Positions 9,705 through 20,216 are shown, counted from the whole stretch's first letter. The stretch: 58,892 bases of DNA, filler included, from 5 parts of 5 records of this genome joined end to end with filler, not necessarily neighbours in it, one strand, 5' to 3'. The notes: generated by a model from the sequence alone, not told the origin. Numbers and translations are program-made.

Positions 9705-11210
9705 ATGAATCAGAAGTATATTTGGCTTGTTACGATAGTTTTATGTCTTTCATTATTTGGGTTAATACTGGTCCAAATAAATTACTTTCAATCAGCCTCC
9801 AAAATAAAAGAAGAACAATTTGCACTTACTGTTAGTAAAGCACTTGATCAAGTAGTTTCAAAGTTGGAAAGAGATGAGACTAATAAAATTATGCTCGAAG
9901 GCGATATATCGGCTTTTTCTCACGAATTTTCTGCAAATAATATCACCTCAAAAAGTTCTGGAGTAAATCTATATATACCAATGGATACGAAGCATGAAAA
10001 AGCTACAATTAGTATTCAATCTGAAAACAAAAAGTACGATATAGCTGAAGGATATATCAATCAGAAGGGTAGCGGTGGTTTTGCTAAATTTCAAGCACAA
10101 TTTAACAAAAGAATGTTATCAGGTAGTACGCGTTTTACACATCTTGCTGGTTCATTGGCTAGAAATGGTATGAAGTTATCCGATAGAATCAATATGGATG
10201 AACTACCTAAACTTATTAAAGAAAAACTAAAGGATAATGGAATCAAATTAAAATTTGAATTTGCAGTAAAATCAAATACTTCAAAAGTTGAAAAAAGCTC
10301 GAGAAACTACTTCAAAAATCCGTCAATAGAGAAATACAGCAAACAGCTATTCCCTAACGATTTGTTTACAAATTCAAATTTACTTTACATCTACTTTCCA
10401 GGACAACAAAAATATATGGTACAATCCTACTCCATGTTGTTTCCATCATTTGTTCTGACTTTAGTTCTGATACTTTGTAGTGCTTTCACGATCTTCATTA
10501 TTTTTCGACAGAAAAAACTTTCGAAAATTAAGAACGATTTTATCAACAATATGACTCATGAGTTTAAAACTCCAATATCTACAATTTCATTAGCATCCCA
10601 AATGTTGAAAGATAATTCAGTTACAACAACCGCTTCAACGGTAGATCATATTGCAAAAATAATTAATGATGAGAGCAAGCGATTAACCTATCAGGTTGAA
10701 AAAGTTTTGCAAATGGCTATTTTTAACGAAGGAAGAATGAAGTTGAAATTGAAAGCCATTAATGTTCATAAGATTATTCAAAATTTATTACCTAACTTTA
10801 CTATTAGAGTTGAAGATAAAAATGGTAATATGTATCAGAATATCGACGCCAATAATGATTTGATTATGGCTGATGAAGTTCATATTAGTAATCTTATTTC
10901 CAACCTTCTTGATAATGCGATAAAGTACAGTAAGGAAAATCCGGAAATAAGTATTAGCACTAGAAATAAAAATAAAGGAATTGTTATCTCTATTACTGAT
11001 AATGGTATTGGAATATCTAAAGAAGACCAGAAAATGGTTTTTGAAAGATTTTTTAGGGTACACACTGGTAATGTTCACGATGTAAAAGGATTTGGACTAG
11101 GTTTATCCTACGTTAAAAAAGTAATAGATGCTCACGGAGGTGAGGTAAATGTTGACAGTATTCTCGATAAGGGATCAAAATTTGAAGTATATCTTCCATT
11201 AAAAAAATAG
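9705..11210 (+). CDS. Sensor histidine kinase (RprX-like)
   Basis: Two TM segments; H-box NMTHEFKTPI; N-box NLLDNAIKY; DNGIG and GFGLGL G-boxes. Confidence 0.93.
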   Translation: MNQKYIWLVTIVLCLSLFGLILVQINYFQSASKIKEEQFALTVSKALDQVVSKLERDETNKIMLEGDISAFSHEFSANNITSKSSGVNLYIPMDTKHEKATISIQSENKKYDIAEGYINQKGSGGFAKFQAQFNKRMLSGSTRFTHLAGSLARNGMKLSDRINMDELPKLIKEKLKDNGIKLKFEFAVKSNTSKVEKSSRNYFKNPSIEKYSKQLFPNDLFTNSNLLYIYFPGQQKYMVQSYSMLFPSFVLTLVLILCSAFTIFIIFRQKKLSKIKNDFINNMTHEFKTPISTISLASQMLKDNSVTTTASTVDHIAKIINDESKRLTYQVEKVLQMAIFNEGRMKLKLKAINVHKIIQNLLPNFTIRVEDKNGNMYQNIDANNDLIMADEVHISNLISNLLDNAIKYSKENPEISISTRNKNKGIVISITDNGIGISKEDQKMVFERFFRVHTGNVHDVKGFGLGLSYVKKVIDAHGGEVNVDSILDKGSKFEVYLPLKK

Positions 11211-11214
11211 ACAC

Positions 11215-11901
11215 ATGGAACAAGTTAGAATCTTACTAGCCGAAGATGATGCTAATCTAGGCCTTTTGTTAAAAGAATATTTAATAGCTAAAAATTACAA
11301 CACCACACTTTGCGAAGATGGTGATAAGGCATACGATGAGTTTTTAAAAAACCCTTACGATTTATGTATTTTTGATATCATGATGCCTCATCGTGATGGA
11401 TTTACATTGGCTAAGGACATTCGTTTAATCAATAGCGAGATTCCAATTATCTTTTTAACTGCGAAATCGATGAAAGAAGATGTTCTTGAAGGATTTAAGC
11501 TGGGAGCAGATGATTATATGACCAAACCTTTCAGCATGGAAGAACTTTTGGTTCGTATTGAAGCTGTTATGAGAAGAACTTCGGGAATAAAATCAGAAAA
11601 TACGCAAGAAGAATTTAAACTTGGTCGTTTTTTATTCGATGCTAAAAAACAATTCTTACAAGATGGTGAAAAAAGCATAAAGCTGACCACTAAAGAATCT
11701 GAACTTTTGAAACTTTTATGCAATAACGTAAACAAAGTATTGGAACGTAACCTGGCTTTAAAAACCATTTGGTCGGATGACAATTACTTTAATGCTCGAA
11801 GCATGGATGTTTACATTACTAAGCTTAGAAAGCACCTAAAAGCCGAACCAAGCATTGAAATTATCAATGTACACGGAAAAGGATATAAGCTAATCATGTA
11901 A
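11215..11901 (+). CDS. OmpR-family response regulator (RprY-like)
   Basis: REC domain (EDD, DIMMP, FLTAK, KPF) plus winged helix (RSMDVYITKLRK, HGKGYKL). Confidence 0.93.
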   Translation: MEQVRILLAEDDANLGLLLKEYLIAKNYNTTLCEDGDKAYDEFLKNPYDLCIFDIMMPHRDGFTLAKDIRLINSEIPIIFLTAKSMKEDVLEGFKLGADDYMTKPFSMEELLVRIEAVMRRTSGIKSENTQEEFKLGRFLFDAKKQFLQDGEKSIKLTTKESELLKLLCNNVNKVLERNLALKTIWSDDNYFNARSMDVYITKLRKHLKAEPSIEIINVHGKGYKLIM

Positions 11902-11920
11902 GTTGGATTAGTAACAAACT

Positions 11921-11952
11921 AAAAAAAGCTGCTCAGTGAGCAGCTTTTTTTA
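11921..11952. terminator. Bidirectional intrinsic terminator
   Basis: A7-GCTGCTC-AGT-GAGCAGC-T7 between convergent genes. Confidence 0.85.
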
Positions 11953-11964
11953 TAGGTGCAAATT

Positions 11965-12678
11965 CTATTTTTTCTCCTTTTTATTTTTCTTTCTCTTAAT
12001 TTTCTTAACTGTCTTTCCGTCCTTTTCTTCAACCTCCACCACTACTTCAATATCTATTTCATCATTATCAGAATGCTTTTCTATCCATACATTATCTTCT
12101 CCTGATGTTTTTATTTTAATAATTTTCATTCCATTTTCTTCGATAATCTCAACATCATCAGAGTCATTAATAATGATGATTTTTTGCCCTTTTTTACCAT
12201 GATGCGACCTCATATGCATTTTGTGTTTATTACCATTAAGCACTCTTACACGAATATCCTTTTCAAGGCAAGAATCTCCCGAATGGAAAAATACATTCCC
12301 ATCTTCGTCCGAAAACTTGAATTTCTTCATCATTTTCATGGCTTTACCATCAAATGCAGAGTCACATGAAAAGGCAAAACTTTGAACCATTTTTCTGTGC
12401 TTCTCATATTTTTTATCATCATCAGAATACCAAACCATGTGTTTTCTCATTAAAGAATCAGGCATTCCCTTTAGCTCGATAATTTCCATGATTTCATCAT
12501 GATCTTTATGCTCATAAAAAATAGTATCAATGGTGGTTTCTTTTCCGTCTTCAATCACTTTAACTTTTACATGAACCTCATGTTTTTCTTTTTTCTCATC
12601 ATGCTCCTGAGCAAAAGTAATTTGTGGTACCAGTAAAACAGCACAACATAGAATTAGCAAGAGTGTAAATCGTTTCAT
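11965..12678 (-). CDS. Secreted/periplasmic His/Lys/Asp/Met-rich hypothetical protein
   Basis: 237 aa; signal peptide ending TFA-Q; highly charged low-complexity body; own TACATTTG element at 12716-12723. Confidence 0.8.
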   Translation of the reverse strand: MKRFTLLLILCCAVLLVPQITFAQEHDEKKEKHEVHVKVKVIEDGKETTIDTIFYEHKDHDEIMEIIELKGMPDSLMRKHMVWYSDDDKKYEKHRKMVQSFAFSCDSAFDGKAMKMMKKFKFSDEDGNVFFHSGDSCLEKDIRVRVLNGNKHKMHMRSHHGKKGQKIIIINDSDDVEIIEENGMKIIKIKTSGEDNVWIEKHSDNDEIDIEVVVEVEEKDGKTVKKIKRKKNKKEKK

Positions 12679-12745
12679 AACATTTGTATTTAATTAGACT
12701 TGAATTATCTACCATCAAATGTATGGCACAACTGAAAAAAAGGCA

Positions 12746-12782
12746 GTTAAGCTTTAGCTAAAAAGAGTTAAGGAAAGGTTAA
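12746..12782. promoter_or_regulatory. Four phased GTTAA-like direct repeats (candidate OmpR-type boxes)
   Basis: GTTAA 12746, GCTAA 12757, GTTAA 12767, GTTAA 12778; spacing 11/10/11 bp. Confidence 0.55.
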
Positions 12783-12795
12783 AATCATATTGTTC

Positions 12796-12819
12796 GTAAG
12801 GACACACGATCGTGTGTCC
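12796..12819. repeat. REP-like palindrome
   Basis: GTAA followed by the perfect 20-bp palindrome GGACACACGATCGTGTGTCC. Confidence 0.55.
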
Positions 12820-12862
12820 AAATAATAAAATTAGTTGCTTAGCAACTTTGAAAAATAGACAC

Positions 12863-12893
12863 AAAAAAAGCTGCCCGACAAATCGAACAGCTT
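12863..12893 (-). terminator. Probable lepA terminator
   Basis: Minus strand AAGCUGUUCGA...UCGGGCAGCUUUUUUU with G:U pairs. Confidence 0.6.
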
Positions 12894-12947
12894 ATATCTT
12901 AAATTGAAAAGGCTTTTTGCTTTGAGCAATTACCTTTTAGCTAATAT

Positions 12948-14735
12948 TTAATCTAGTTTTAGAACAGCAAGGAAAGCTTTCTGTGGTACTTCAACATTAC
13001 CCACCTGCTTCATACGCTTTTTCCCTTTCTTCTGCTTCTCCAAAAGTTTACGTTTACGCGTGATATCACCACCATAACATTTCGCGGTTACATCTTTACG
13101 AACAGCTTTTACAGTTTCACGAGAAATAATTTTCGCTCCAATTGCTCCCTGTATTGCAATATCGAATTGCTGACGTGGAATTAAATCTTTCAATTTCTCA
13201 CACATGCGTCGCCCGAACGATTGTGCATTATCAAAGTGAATTAAAGTAGAAAGAGCATCCACACCTTCTCCATTCAAAAGAATATCCAGTTTCACCAATT
13301 TAGCCGGACGGAAACCAATCTGGAAATAGTCAAAAGAGGCGTATCCTTTTGAAATACTCTTCAGCTTATCGTAGAAATCAAATACAATCTCTCCCAAAGG
13401 CATTTCGTAAGTCAACTCTACTCTATCGCTGGTCAAATATTGCTGATTGGTCATAACACCTCGCTTGCTCATGCAAAGGTTCATTAACGGACCAATAAAT
13501 TCTGATTTAGAAATGATTTGCGCGCGGATAAATGGCTCCTCGATAAAATCCAGAGCATTAGGATCTGGCATATCCGATGGATTATGCATTTCGAACTCAT
13601 CACCTTTATTAGTGTGGGCGATATACGAAACGTTAGGAACCGTTGTAATCACGTTCATATCGAACTCGCGATCCAATCGCTCCTGAATAATTTCCATGTG
13701 CAATAAGCCAAGGAATCCACAACGGAAACCAAAACCAAGCGCCATAGACGATTCCGGTTCAAAAGTTAGAGAAGCATCATTTAGCTTCAATTTCTCCATT
13801 GATGCACGTAAATCTTCATAATCTTCCGAATCAATAGGATAAACACCGGCAAATACCATTGGTTTCACCTCTTCGAATCCATCAATGCTAGCTTCACATG
13901 GTCTGTCTCGGTGAGTAACCGTATCCCCTACTTTTACTTCAGTAGATGTTTTAATACCAGAAATAATATAACCCACATCTCCTGTTTTCAGGACATCACG
14001 TGGCTCCTGAGTCAATCTCAATACCCCAATCTCATCAGCCTGATATTCTTTTTCAGTATTTACAAACTTTACGGTATCACCTTTTTTAATTTCACCATTC
14101 ATTACACGGATATAAGCAATAATACCACGAAATGAATTGAATTCAGAATCGAAAATCAAACTCTGCAATGGTGCTTCAGGATCTCCTTCAGGCGCTGGTA
14201 CTCGATCAACAATAGCTTCTAAAATATCTGGCACACCTTCACCTGTTTTTCCACTGGCTGCTAAAATATCATCAACATCACATCCTAATAGGTCTACAAT
14301 CTGATCTTTTACATCTTCTGGATTGGCATTCGGTAAGTCAATCTTATTCAAAATTGGAATAATCTCCAGATCATTTTCAATAGCCAAATATAGGTTTGAT
14401 ATGGTTTGTGCCTGAATCCCCTGCGTAGCATCTACAATCAATAATGCTCCTTCGCAGGCAGCAATTGATCGTGATACTTCGTAAGAGAAGTCAACGTGAC
14501 CAGGAGTGTCAATCAGGTTTAAGGTGTATTTTTCACCATCACGCATGTAATCCATCTGAATGGCATGACTCTTAATGGTTATTCCTCGCTCACGCTCCAA
14601 GTCCATATCATCCAGAACCTGAGCTTGTTTCTCACGATCGGTAATGGTATTGGTTACGTCTAATAAACGGTCGGCCAAAGTACTCTTACCATGGTCGATA
14701 TGTGCTATAATGCAAAAATTTCGAATGTTCTTCAT
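12948..14735 (-). CDS. lepA: Elongation factor 4 (LepA)
   Basis: [17 protein letters not shown] and NKID motifs; C-terminal [25 protein letters not shown]. Confidence 0.98.
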   Translation of the reverse strand: MKNIRNFCIIAHIDHGKSTLADRLLDVTNTITDREKQAQVLDDMDLERERGITIKSHAIQMDYMRDGEKYTLNLIDTPGHVDFSYEVSRSIAACEGALLIVDATQGIQAQTISNLYLAIENDLEIIPILNKIDLPNANPEDVKDQIVDLLGCDVDDILAASGKTGEGVPDILEAIVDRVPAPEGDPEAPLQSLIFDSEFNSFRGIIAYIRVMNGEIKKGDTVKFVNTEKEYQADEIGVLRLTQEPRDVLKTGDVGYIISGIKTSTEVKVGDTVTHRDRPCEASIDGFEEVKPMVFAGVYPIDSEDYEDLRASMEKLKLNDASLTFEPESSMALGFGFRCGFLGLLHMEIIQERLDREFDMNVITTVPNVSYIAHTNKGDEFEMHNPSDMPDPNALDFIEEPFIRAQIISKSEFIGPLMNLCMSKRGVMTNQQYLTSDRVELTYEMPLGEIVFDFYDKLKSISKGYASFDYFQIGFRPAKLVKLDILLNGEGVDALSTLIHFDNAQSFGRRMCEKLKDLIPRQQFDIAIQGAIGAKIISRETVKAVRKDVTAKCYGGDITRKRKLLEKQKKGKKRMKQVGNVEVPQKAFLAVLKLD

Positions 14736-14741
14736 ACTATC

Positions 14742-14836
14742 AATTACGAATTATGAATTAGAAATTACGAATTGTAGATTACAAATTACGAAAGCTTTTT
14801 GTACTATTCGTAATTGGTAATTATAAATTCCCAATT
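14742..14836. repeat. Heptamer tandem repeats with an inverted arm in the lepA 5' UTR
   Basis: Seven AATTACG-like units (14742-14790), then four inverted CGTAATT-like units (14809-14836); lepA -7 element at 14844-14851 (minus). Confidence 0.75.
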
Positions 14837-14932
14837 GAATCCGCAAAGATATTCAATTCCTTGGAATATTTAGTATCTAAAGCATACGAATTAATCATTC
14901 TCATTTGCTAAGTAAAAGCAATAAAACCAATT

Positions 14933-15049
14933 CTATTGAGCCAAAAATACACCTAATCTCTCTCCGAATTCAAATACAATCATTCCAATTGCACAAACAA
15001 GAGCCGCTATAGCTGTTTTCTTTTCTTCAGATAATTTAATTCTTTTCAT
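14933..15049 (-). CDS. Small 38-aa putative membrane peptide (below ORF-track cut-off)
   Basis: MKRIKLSEEKKTAIAALVCAIGMIVFEFGERLGVFLAQ; A-rich start context; basic N-terminus followed by a hydrophobic helix. Confidence 0.45.
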   Translation of the reverse strand: MKRIKLSEEKKTAIAALVCAIGMIVFEFGERLGVFLAQ

Positions 15050-15277
15050 TTTCAATAATTCATTTTTATAAAACACACTATTTATCTAATATCTTTTAAA
15101 GATACATTTTTCAATAAACAATAAAACATAACGAGAATATTTTCCAATCGGAATATATTCTAATCTGAAAATATCAATCTCTTTTTATAAAAATTAGTAG
15201 GGTGAATATACTCTTAGTCGGTTCTTTAGTAAACGAGCTCAAAAAAATGAATTATAAAATCATAAAAAATTAAAATC

Positions 15278-16237
15278 ATGAAAAAATTCCCCCTAATCTT
15301 AATGGCAACCCTAGCCATTATATTTTTCGCTTGTGACAATACAGATGATGTTGAAGAAATTAAGCCTGATAACAATGTGGAACTAAACAATACTGTTTCA
15401 ATCATTGTAGAAACTGAAGAAGCATCGGAAGCTGCTGAAGAAATTGCAGATTACGAAGTAGATATCTTCTCATTTCTGGAGAGTGAGTATCAACAGGAAA
15501 CAAGTAGCAAACAAGGAGATGGTAATGGATACAATTATGGAATGTATGCTACCGAGTGGCAACGCTATAAAGGTGAGCACATGCCTGAAATCACCATCGA
15601 GTTTGATGAAGACGGACGTTTCCCTATGACAATTACCGTTAACTATGGTGAAGAAACAGTATTGTATAATGGAACAGTTATTAGTGGTGCGATTACAATT
15701 GAAATGACTGCACGCCCTCATACCGATGGTGCTGTTCGAGAAGTTACTTACGATTTAATGATCGATTCGGTTGATATGAATGGAAACAAACGAATTGAGT
15801 TTACCGGCGAACCAGGAGTAACAAAAAAATGGGAATCTACAAGTGAAATCACATTCACATATGCTGATGGTACAGAACTATACAGATCGGCTGAAAGAGC
15901 CAGAGAGTGGATTTCAGGTTTAGATACCAAATGGGATTTAAGCGACGATAAAGTTCAAATAACTGGTTCGGTAACTTGTGTTGATACAGAGCAAAACGAA
16001 TACTCGAAAATAATTGATCCTGAAAATCCATTAATCAGACTTGGAACCTGCAGAGTAATAGTACAAGGTGTGGTTATCTTTTCGCAAAACGGTGAAGAAT
16101 TTGCACAATTTGATTACGGCGATGGTGAATGTGACAATATCGCTACCTATACATACATAAATGAGGAAGGCGAAGAAGTAACTGAAGAATTAGTAATAGG
16201 CAAGTGCAAGCGCAAGAAAAAACAAAATAACGATTAG
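15278..16237 (+). CDS. Probable surface lipoprotein of unknown function
   Basis: Lipobox FFAC followed by acidic DNTDDVEE (Bacteroidota export-signal-like); beta-rich; DYGDGECDN motif. Confidence 0.8.
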   Translation: MKKFPLILMATLAIIFFACDNTDDVEEIKPDNNVELNNTVSIIVETEEASEAAEEIADYEVDIFSFLESEYQQETSSKQGDGNGYNYGMYATEWQRYKGEHMPEITIEFDEDGRFPMTITVNYGEETVLYNGTVISGAITIEMTARPHTDGAVREVTYDLMIDSVDMNGNKRIEFTGEPGVTKKWESTSEITFTYADGTELYRSAERAREWISGLDTKWDLSDDKVQITGSVTCVDTEQNEYSKIIDPENPLIRLGTCRVIVQGVVIFSQNGEEFAQFDYGDGECDNIATYTYINEEGEEVTEELVIGKCKRKKKQNND

Positions 16238-16267
16238 ACGATAAAATAGCTAGCTTATAAATGCGAC

Positions 16268-16305
16268 AGGTGCAGAATTGATATTTTTAAATCACCTCTG
16301 CACCT
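16268..16305 (+). terminator. Hairpin (weak terminator or stabiliser) between the lipoprotein and sigma genes
   Basis: AGGTGCAGA...TCTGCACCT followed by TT. Confidence 0.45.
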
Positions 16306-16352
16306 TTCATTCGACTAAAACACTTAAATTTACCAAAACCAATCCTCTAGCC

Positions 16353-16838
16353 TTGACACAGGAAGAATTTAAAATCTTATTCGACAATCATTTCGACAGT
16401 ATCCGAAACTATATTTATTATCGTTCGGGTGATGAAGAATTGGCTACTGATATTGCACAGGAAAGCTTTATGAAAGTCTGGGAAAAAGATATCCCATTTG
16501 ACGAAAAACCTGTACGATCCTTACTTTATAAAATCGCTAGTGATATTTTTATTAGCAAATACAGAAGAGATAAGGTGGCTCAAAAATATTTGGCAAAATT
16601 AGAACCATCTGTTGACAATCATTCGCCAGAAAAACAATTACAATATCAGGAGTTAAAAGGTACCTATGAGTCTGCTCTGACTAACTTATCAGAAAAACAA
16701 AGAGTTGTTTTTTTAATGAGTAGAAACGAGGGGTTAAAGTACCAGGAAATTGCTGACAGGCTTGAATTAAGTGTAAAAGCCGTAGAGAAAAGAATGACAT
16801 ATGCACTTTCGTATTTAAGAAATGCTTTAGGAAGATAA
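16353..16838 (+). CDS. ECF sigma-70 factor (FecI-like)
   Basis: DIAQESFMKVWE region 2; region 4 HTH LKYQEIADRLELSVKAVEKRM. The TTG start at 16353 is inferred. Confidence 0.9.
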   Translation: MTQEEFKILFDNHFDSIRNYIYYRSGDEELATDIAQESFMKVWEKDIPFDEKPVRSLLYKIASDIFISKYRRDKVAQKYLAKLEPSVDNHSPEKQLQYQELKGTYESALTNLSEKQRVVFLMSRNEGLKYQEIADRLELSVKAVEKRMTYALSYLRNALGR

Positions 16839-17711
16839 ATGGAAAAACAGGATAGAAATAACAATTTGAATTCGGATGAGAATTTTTTAAATTCCCTTCC
16901 CAAAATCGAGGTAAACTATTCCAAATCGAAGAATGACGTTTGGAATGAACTTTCGGCTCTTACTTCAAGTAAAAAGAAGAAAGTTAAAACGATTCGATTA
17001 TCTTGGATGAAGTATGCTGTAGCTGCCTGCATCTTATTTTTAGTAGGTTATACGGCTTTTATCTACATGTTTACCACTACAATTGTTTGTCCTAAGGGCG
17101 AACATTTAAGTGTGCTATTACCCGACAACTCGAGAGTAGAATTAAATGCTCACTCAAATATTGCATACAAACCTTATTGGTGGAATTATTCAAGAAAGGT
17201 GAAATTTAAAGGTGAAGCCTTTTTCGATATTACCAAAGGAAGTAAATTCGAAATAGAATCTAAAAATGGGAAAACTTACATTCTGGGAACTAGTTTTAAT
17301 ATCTACGCCAGAGGAGATGATTACAAGGTAACTTGCTACACAGGTAAAGTCAAAGTGGTTTCTACCTCAACATCCGATAAGATTCTGCTATTACCTAAAG
17401 ATCATGCTTACCTTACCAAGAATGGAAAGTTAGAAGTTTATAAAGATAACAGAGCAGAAGAAAAAATACTATGGCGCGATCATCTGTTTTTGTTTACCAA
17501 TACTCCTTTAAATTTAGTTTTTGAAGAAATAGAACTACAGTATGATATAAATATCGTTGAAAAAGGTAAATTTGGTCAAACTCATACAGGAAACTTTGGA
17601 AAGGAAAAATCGGTTGAAAAGGTTTTATACAACGTGTGTATGCCAAATGGATTAAAATTTCATAAAGGTCCAGGTAAGAACTATATCATAACCAAAATTG
17701 TCCCCAAGTGA
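16839..17711 (+). CDS. FecR family anti-sigma factor
   Basis: Single TM; LPDNSRVELN, GEAFF and LGTSFN motifs. Confidence 0.9.
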   Translation: MEKQDRNNNLNSDENFLNSLPKIEVNYSKSKNDVWNELSALTSSKKKKVKTIRLSWMKYAVAACILFLVGYTAFIYMFTTTIVCPKGEHLSVLLPDNSRVELNAHSNIAYKPYWWNYSRKVKFKGEAFFDITKGSKFEIESKNGKTYILGTSFNIYARGDDYKVTCYTGKVKVVSTSTSDKILLLPKDHAYLTKNGKLEVYKDNRAEEKILWRDHLFLFTNTPLNLVFEEIELQYDINIVEKGKFGQTHTGNFGKEKSVEKVLYNVCMPNGLKFHKGPGKNYIITKIVPK

Positions 17712-20206
17712 AACAATTTATTGTCTTAATATTCTTTGTTTTCGGATTACAGATAACGAATTCCAGTGCTCAAAAAATTCAAATCAAAACGAATGATAAA
17801 CCTTTGAGTGAGATACTTATTGAACTTAGAGACAAATACGATTTTCAATTTTCATACAATACTGAATTGCTTTCCCGATACAGCTTAAGTGTTAACAGAA
17901 CATTTCCCAGCAAAGAGAAAGCATTGGTATATTTATTAAAAAAGTTCCCCTTAAACTACGAGCTCTCAGGAAATGTGTTTCTAATTTATCCTGAAGAGAA
18001 AATCATTCAGTATAGAATATTCGGACAACTTCTTGATAAGGAAAGTTTGGAACCTCTTCCATTTTCGCACCTTTCGGTCAATGGCAATCAAATGGCTACC
18101 GATGAGCAAGGTAATTTTTCCTATACTTCACAAAGCGATAGTATATTTAATGTAATGGCTTCTCATTTGGGATATTTTATTCACGATACAATTGTTGGAT
18201 ATGGAGACAATCAAAAAATATTCCTTACCGCTGCAGCTACAGACTTAAATGAAATTACAGTAACAGATAAAATTGTTCAAACTTTTATTAAGGAAAACAA
18301 TCAGTCTGGAAATTTAAAATTAAATCATAAAATTGCTGGTTTTTTACCTACCAATAACGATAATTCAGTGTTTGAATTACTACGCTTACAACCAGGAATT
18401 CTTGCATCGGGGGAACAAAAAAATGATCTTATTATTTGGGGATCATACGAAGGTGAAAGTCAGGTTTTATTTGATGATATTACTTTATGGGGATTAAAAA
18501 ATTTCTATGAAGATATTGGAGCTGTAAATCCGCTGGTTGTTAAAAACATCGAAGTCTTAAAAGGAGGCTACGATGCAAGATATGGTGACAGAGTTGGGGG
18601 AATAGTTCACATAACCGGAAAAAACGGAAGTAAACTGAAACCGTCCTTAAATTTAACATTAAACAATATCACCGCAAGTGGATCATACGAGCAACCTATT
18701 GGCAAAAGATCTTCATTACTGCTAGCTGTTAGGCATACTTATTACAATTTGTTTAAAGATGAACAGATTAAGTATGCAACATCGAATGTAGATACAGATA
18801 ACATTACCGGTGAAGTTCCAAATTATATTGATTTAGATGTAGCTCCAGATTACAAGTTTCGAGATGCTAATATCAAATTCTCCACAAATTGGGATAACGG
18901 AGATCAATTAAGCCTTAGCCTATTAGGAGGTGAAGATCGTTACTCTTATGACATTACCAATAAAATTGCAACGAATTCAAAGAAGCATAAATTCGAAGGA
19001 AGTTACCAATATGGAGGGTCATTAAAATACAACAGAGTTTGGAACAATGGAAACACAAGTTCCATATCAATTTCAAGATCTGAACTAGACAAAGAGACTA
19101 CAGATCAAACAAAAATAGAACATTCCAGAATCGATTTTCTTAAAATCAAACGTGATGATAGATCCTACAATAATATTAGGGAGTATAGAGCAAAACTCAT
19201 GAACCGATTTGTTGTTTCTGAAGATCAAATTATTGAAGCAGGACTTAATTATACCAAAAATGAGGTCGATTTAAAAGAGGATTCCTTAGGTATTAATATT
19301 CTCCATCTCAACTCGAAAATTGATAAAGTTGGTGCTTATTTTCAAAACATTCTTACTATTAGTAATGGCGTAAGTATAAAAGCTGGATTTCAGGCAAACT
19401 ATCCAATAAGTTTAGGGAAATTGTATTGGGAACCAAGAATTTCTATGAGTGTGAAAATTAATGATGAACTCTCGATAAACGGTGCCTGGGGCTTATACAA
19501 ACAATTTATTTCAAAAAGTTCTGTACTTAGTGGGAATGGTAGTTATCGATACATTTGGGTTGGTGCTGATGAAAAAACTGTTCCAGTAGTAGAAGCAGTT
19601 CATAATGTTTTAGGTGGATCTTTTCACAGAAATGGTTTTACATTTAGTGTGGAAGGATATTATAAAAAAACAGATGGGCACACCAGATATTACCGTTATC
19701 GTCAAGAAGGAAACATCTCCTTAGGAAAAAGTAAAAGCTATGGTCTTGATTTCTTTGCAAAAAAAGATTTTGGAGAACACACTTTCTGGATATCATACAC
19801 TTTAAGCAAAACCGTCGAAAATTTCGATTATTTCAAAGAAGAAGGTAAATATATAAGAGCTTTACACGATCAGAGGCATGAAATAAAAATGGCTGGCTTA
19901 TTATCTTTAAAACCTTTTTATTTATCAGCTAACTACATTTATGGTTCTGGATTTCCTGTATATGCTGGATATAATAACATTATTTCTGAACCCGATTATC
20001 AGAGGTTAGATGCAGCTCTTATTTACAAGTTTAAAGTAAAAAAGGTAAAATCGGAAGTTGGGATTCTATTCCATAATATCATGGATAAAAAAAATCTAAC
20101 CTATGAGTCATTTGAAAAAATTCCACTAAGTCAAATCAATAGTATCAGTGTTTATACCGAAACGGTGCCTTCTTCACTACGATTGTATTTTAAAATATCC
20201 ATTTAA
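17708..20206 (+). CDS. TonB-dependent receptor with N-terminal signalling (STN-like) and carboxypeptidase-like domains
   Basis: Signal peptide; plug motif IEVLKGGYDARYGDRVGGIV; beta-barrel; overlaps the FecR stop (GTGA). Confidence 0.85.
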   Translation: MKQFIVLIFFVFGLQITNSSAQKIQIKTNDKPLSEILIELRDKYDFQFSYNTELLSRYSLSVNRTFPSKEKALVYLLKKFPLNYELSGNVFLIYPEEKIIQYRIFGQLLDKESLEPLPFSHLSVNGNQMATDEQGNFSYTSQSDSIFNVMASHLGYFIHDTIVGYGDNQKIFLTAAATDLNEITVTDKIVQTFIKENNQSGNLKLNHKIAGFLPTNNDNSVFELLRLQPGILASGEQKNDLIIWGSYEGESQVLFDDITLWGLKNFYEDIGAVNPLVVKNIEVLKGGYDARYGDRVGGIVHITGKNGSKLKPSLNLTLNNITASGSYEQPIGKRSSLLLAVRHTYYNLFKDEQIKYATSNVDTDNITGEVPNYIDLDVAPDYKFRDANIKFSTNWDNGDQLSLSLLGGEDRYSYDITNKIATNSKKHKFEGSYQYGGSLKYNRVWNNGNTSSISISRSELDKETTDQTKIEHSRIDFLKIKRDDRSYNNIREYRAKLMNRFVVSEDQIIEAGLNYTKNEVDLKEDSLGINILHLNSKIDKVGAYFQNILTISNGVSIKAGFQANYPISLGKLYWEPRISMSVKINDELSINGAWGLYKQFISKSSVLSGNGSYRYIWVGADEKTVPVVEAVHNVLGGSFHRNGFTFSVEGYYKKTDGHTRYYRYRQEGNISLGKSKSYGLDFFAKKDFGEHTFWISYTLSKTVENFDYFKEEGKYIRALHDQRHEIKMAGLLSLKPFYLSANYIYGSGFPVYAGYNNIISEPDYQRLDAALIYKFKVKKVKSEVGILFHNIMDKKNLTYESFEKIPLSQINSISVYTETVPSSLRLYFKISI

Positions 20207-20216
20207 AATATTCCAT

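Noticed and set aside
14742..14836. Possible CRISPR array
   Set aside because: The units are 7 nt with no spacers, and no cas genes are present.
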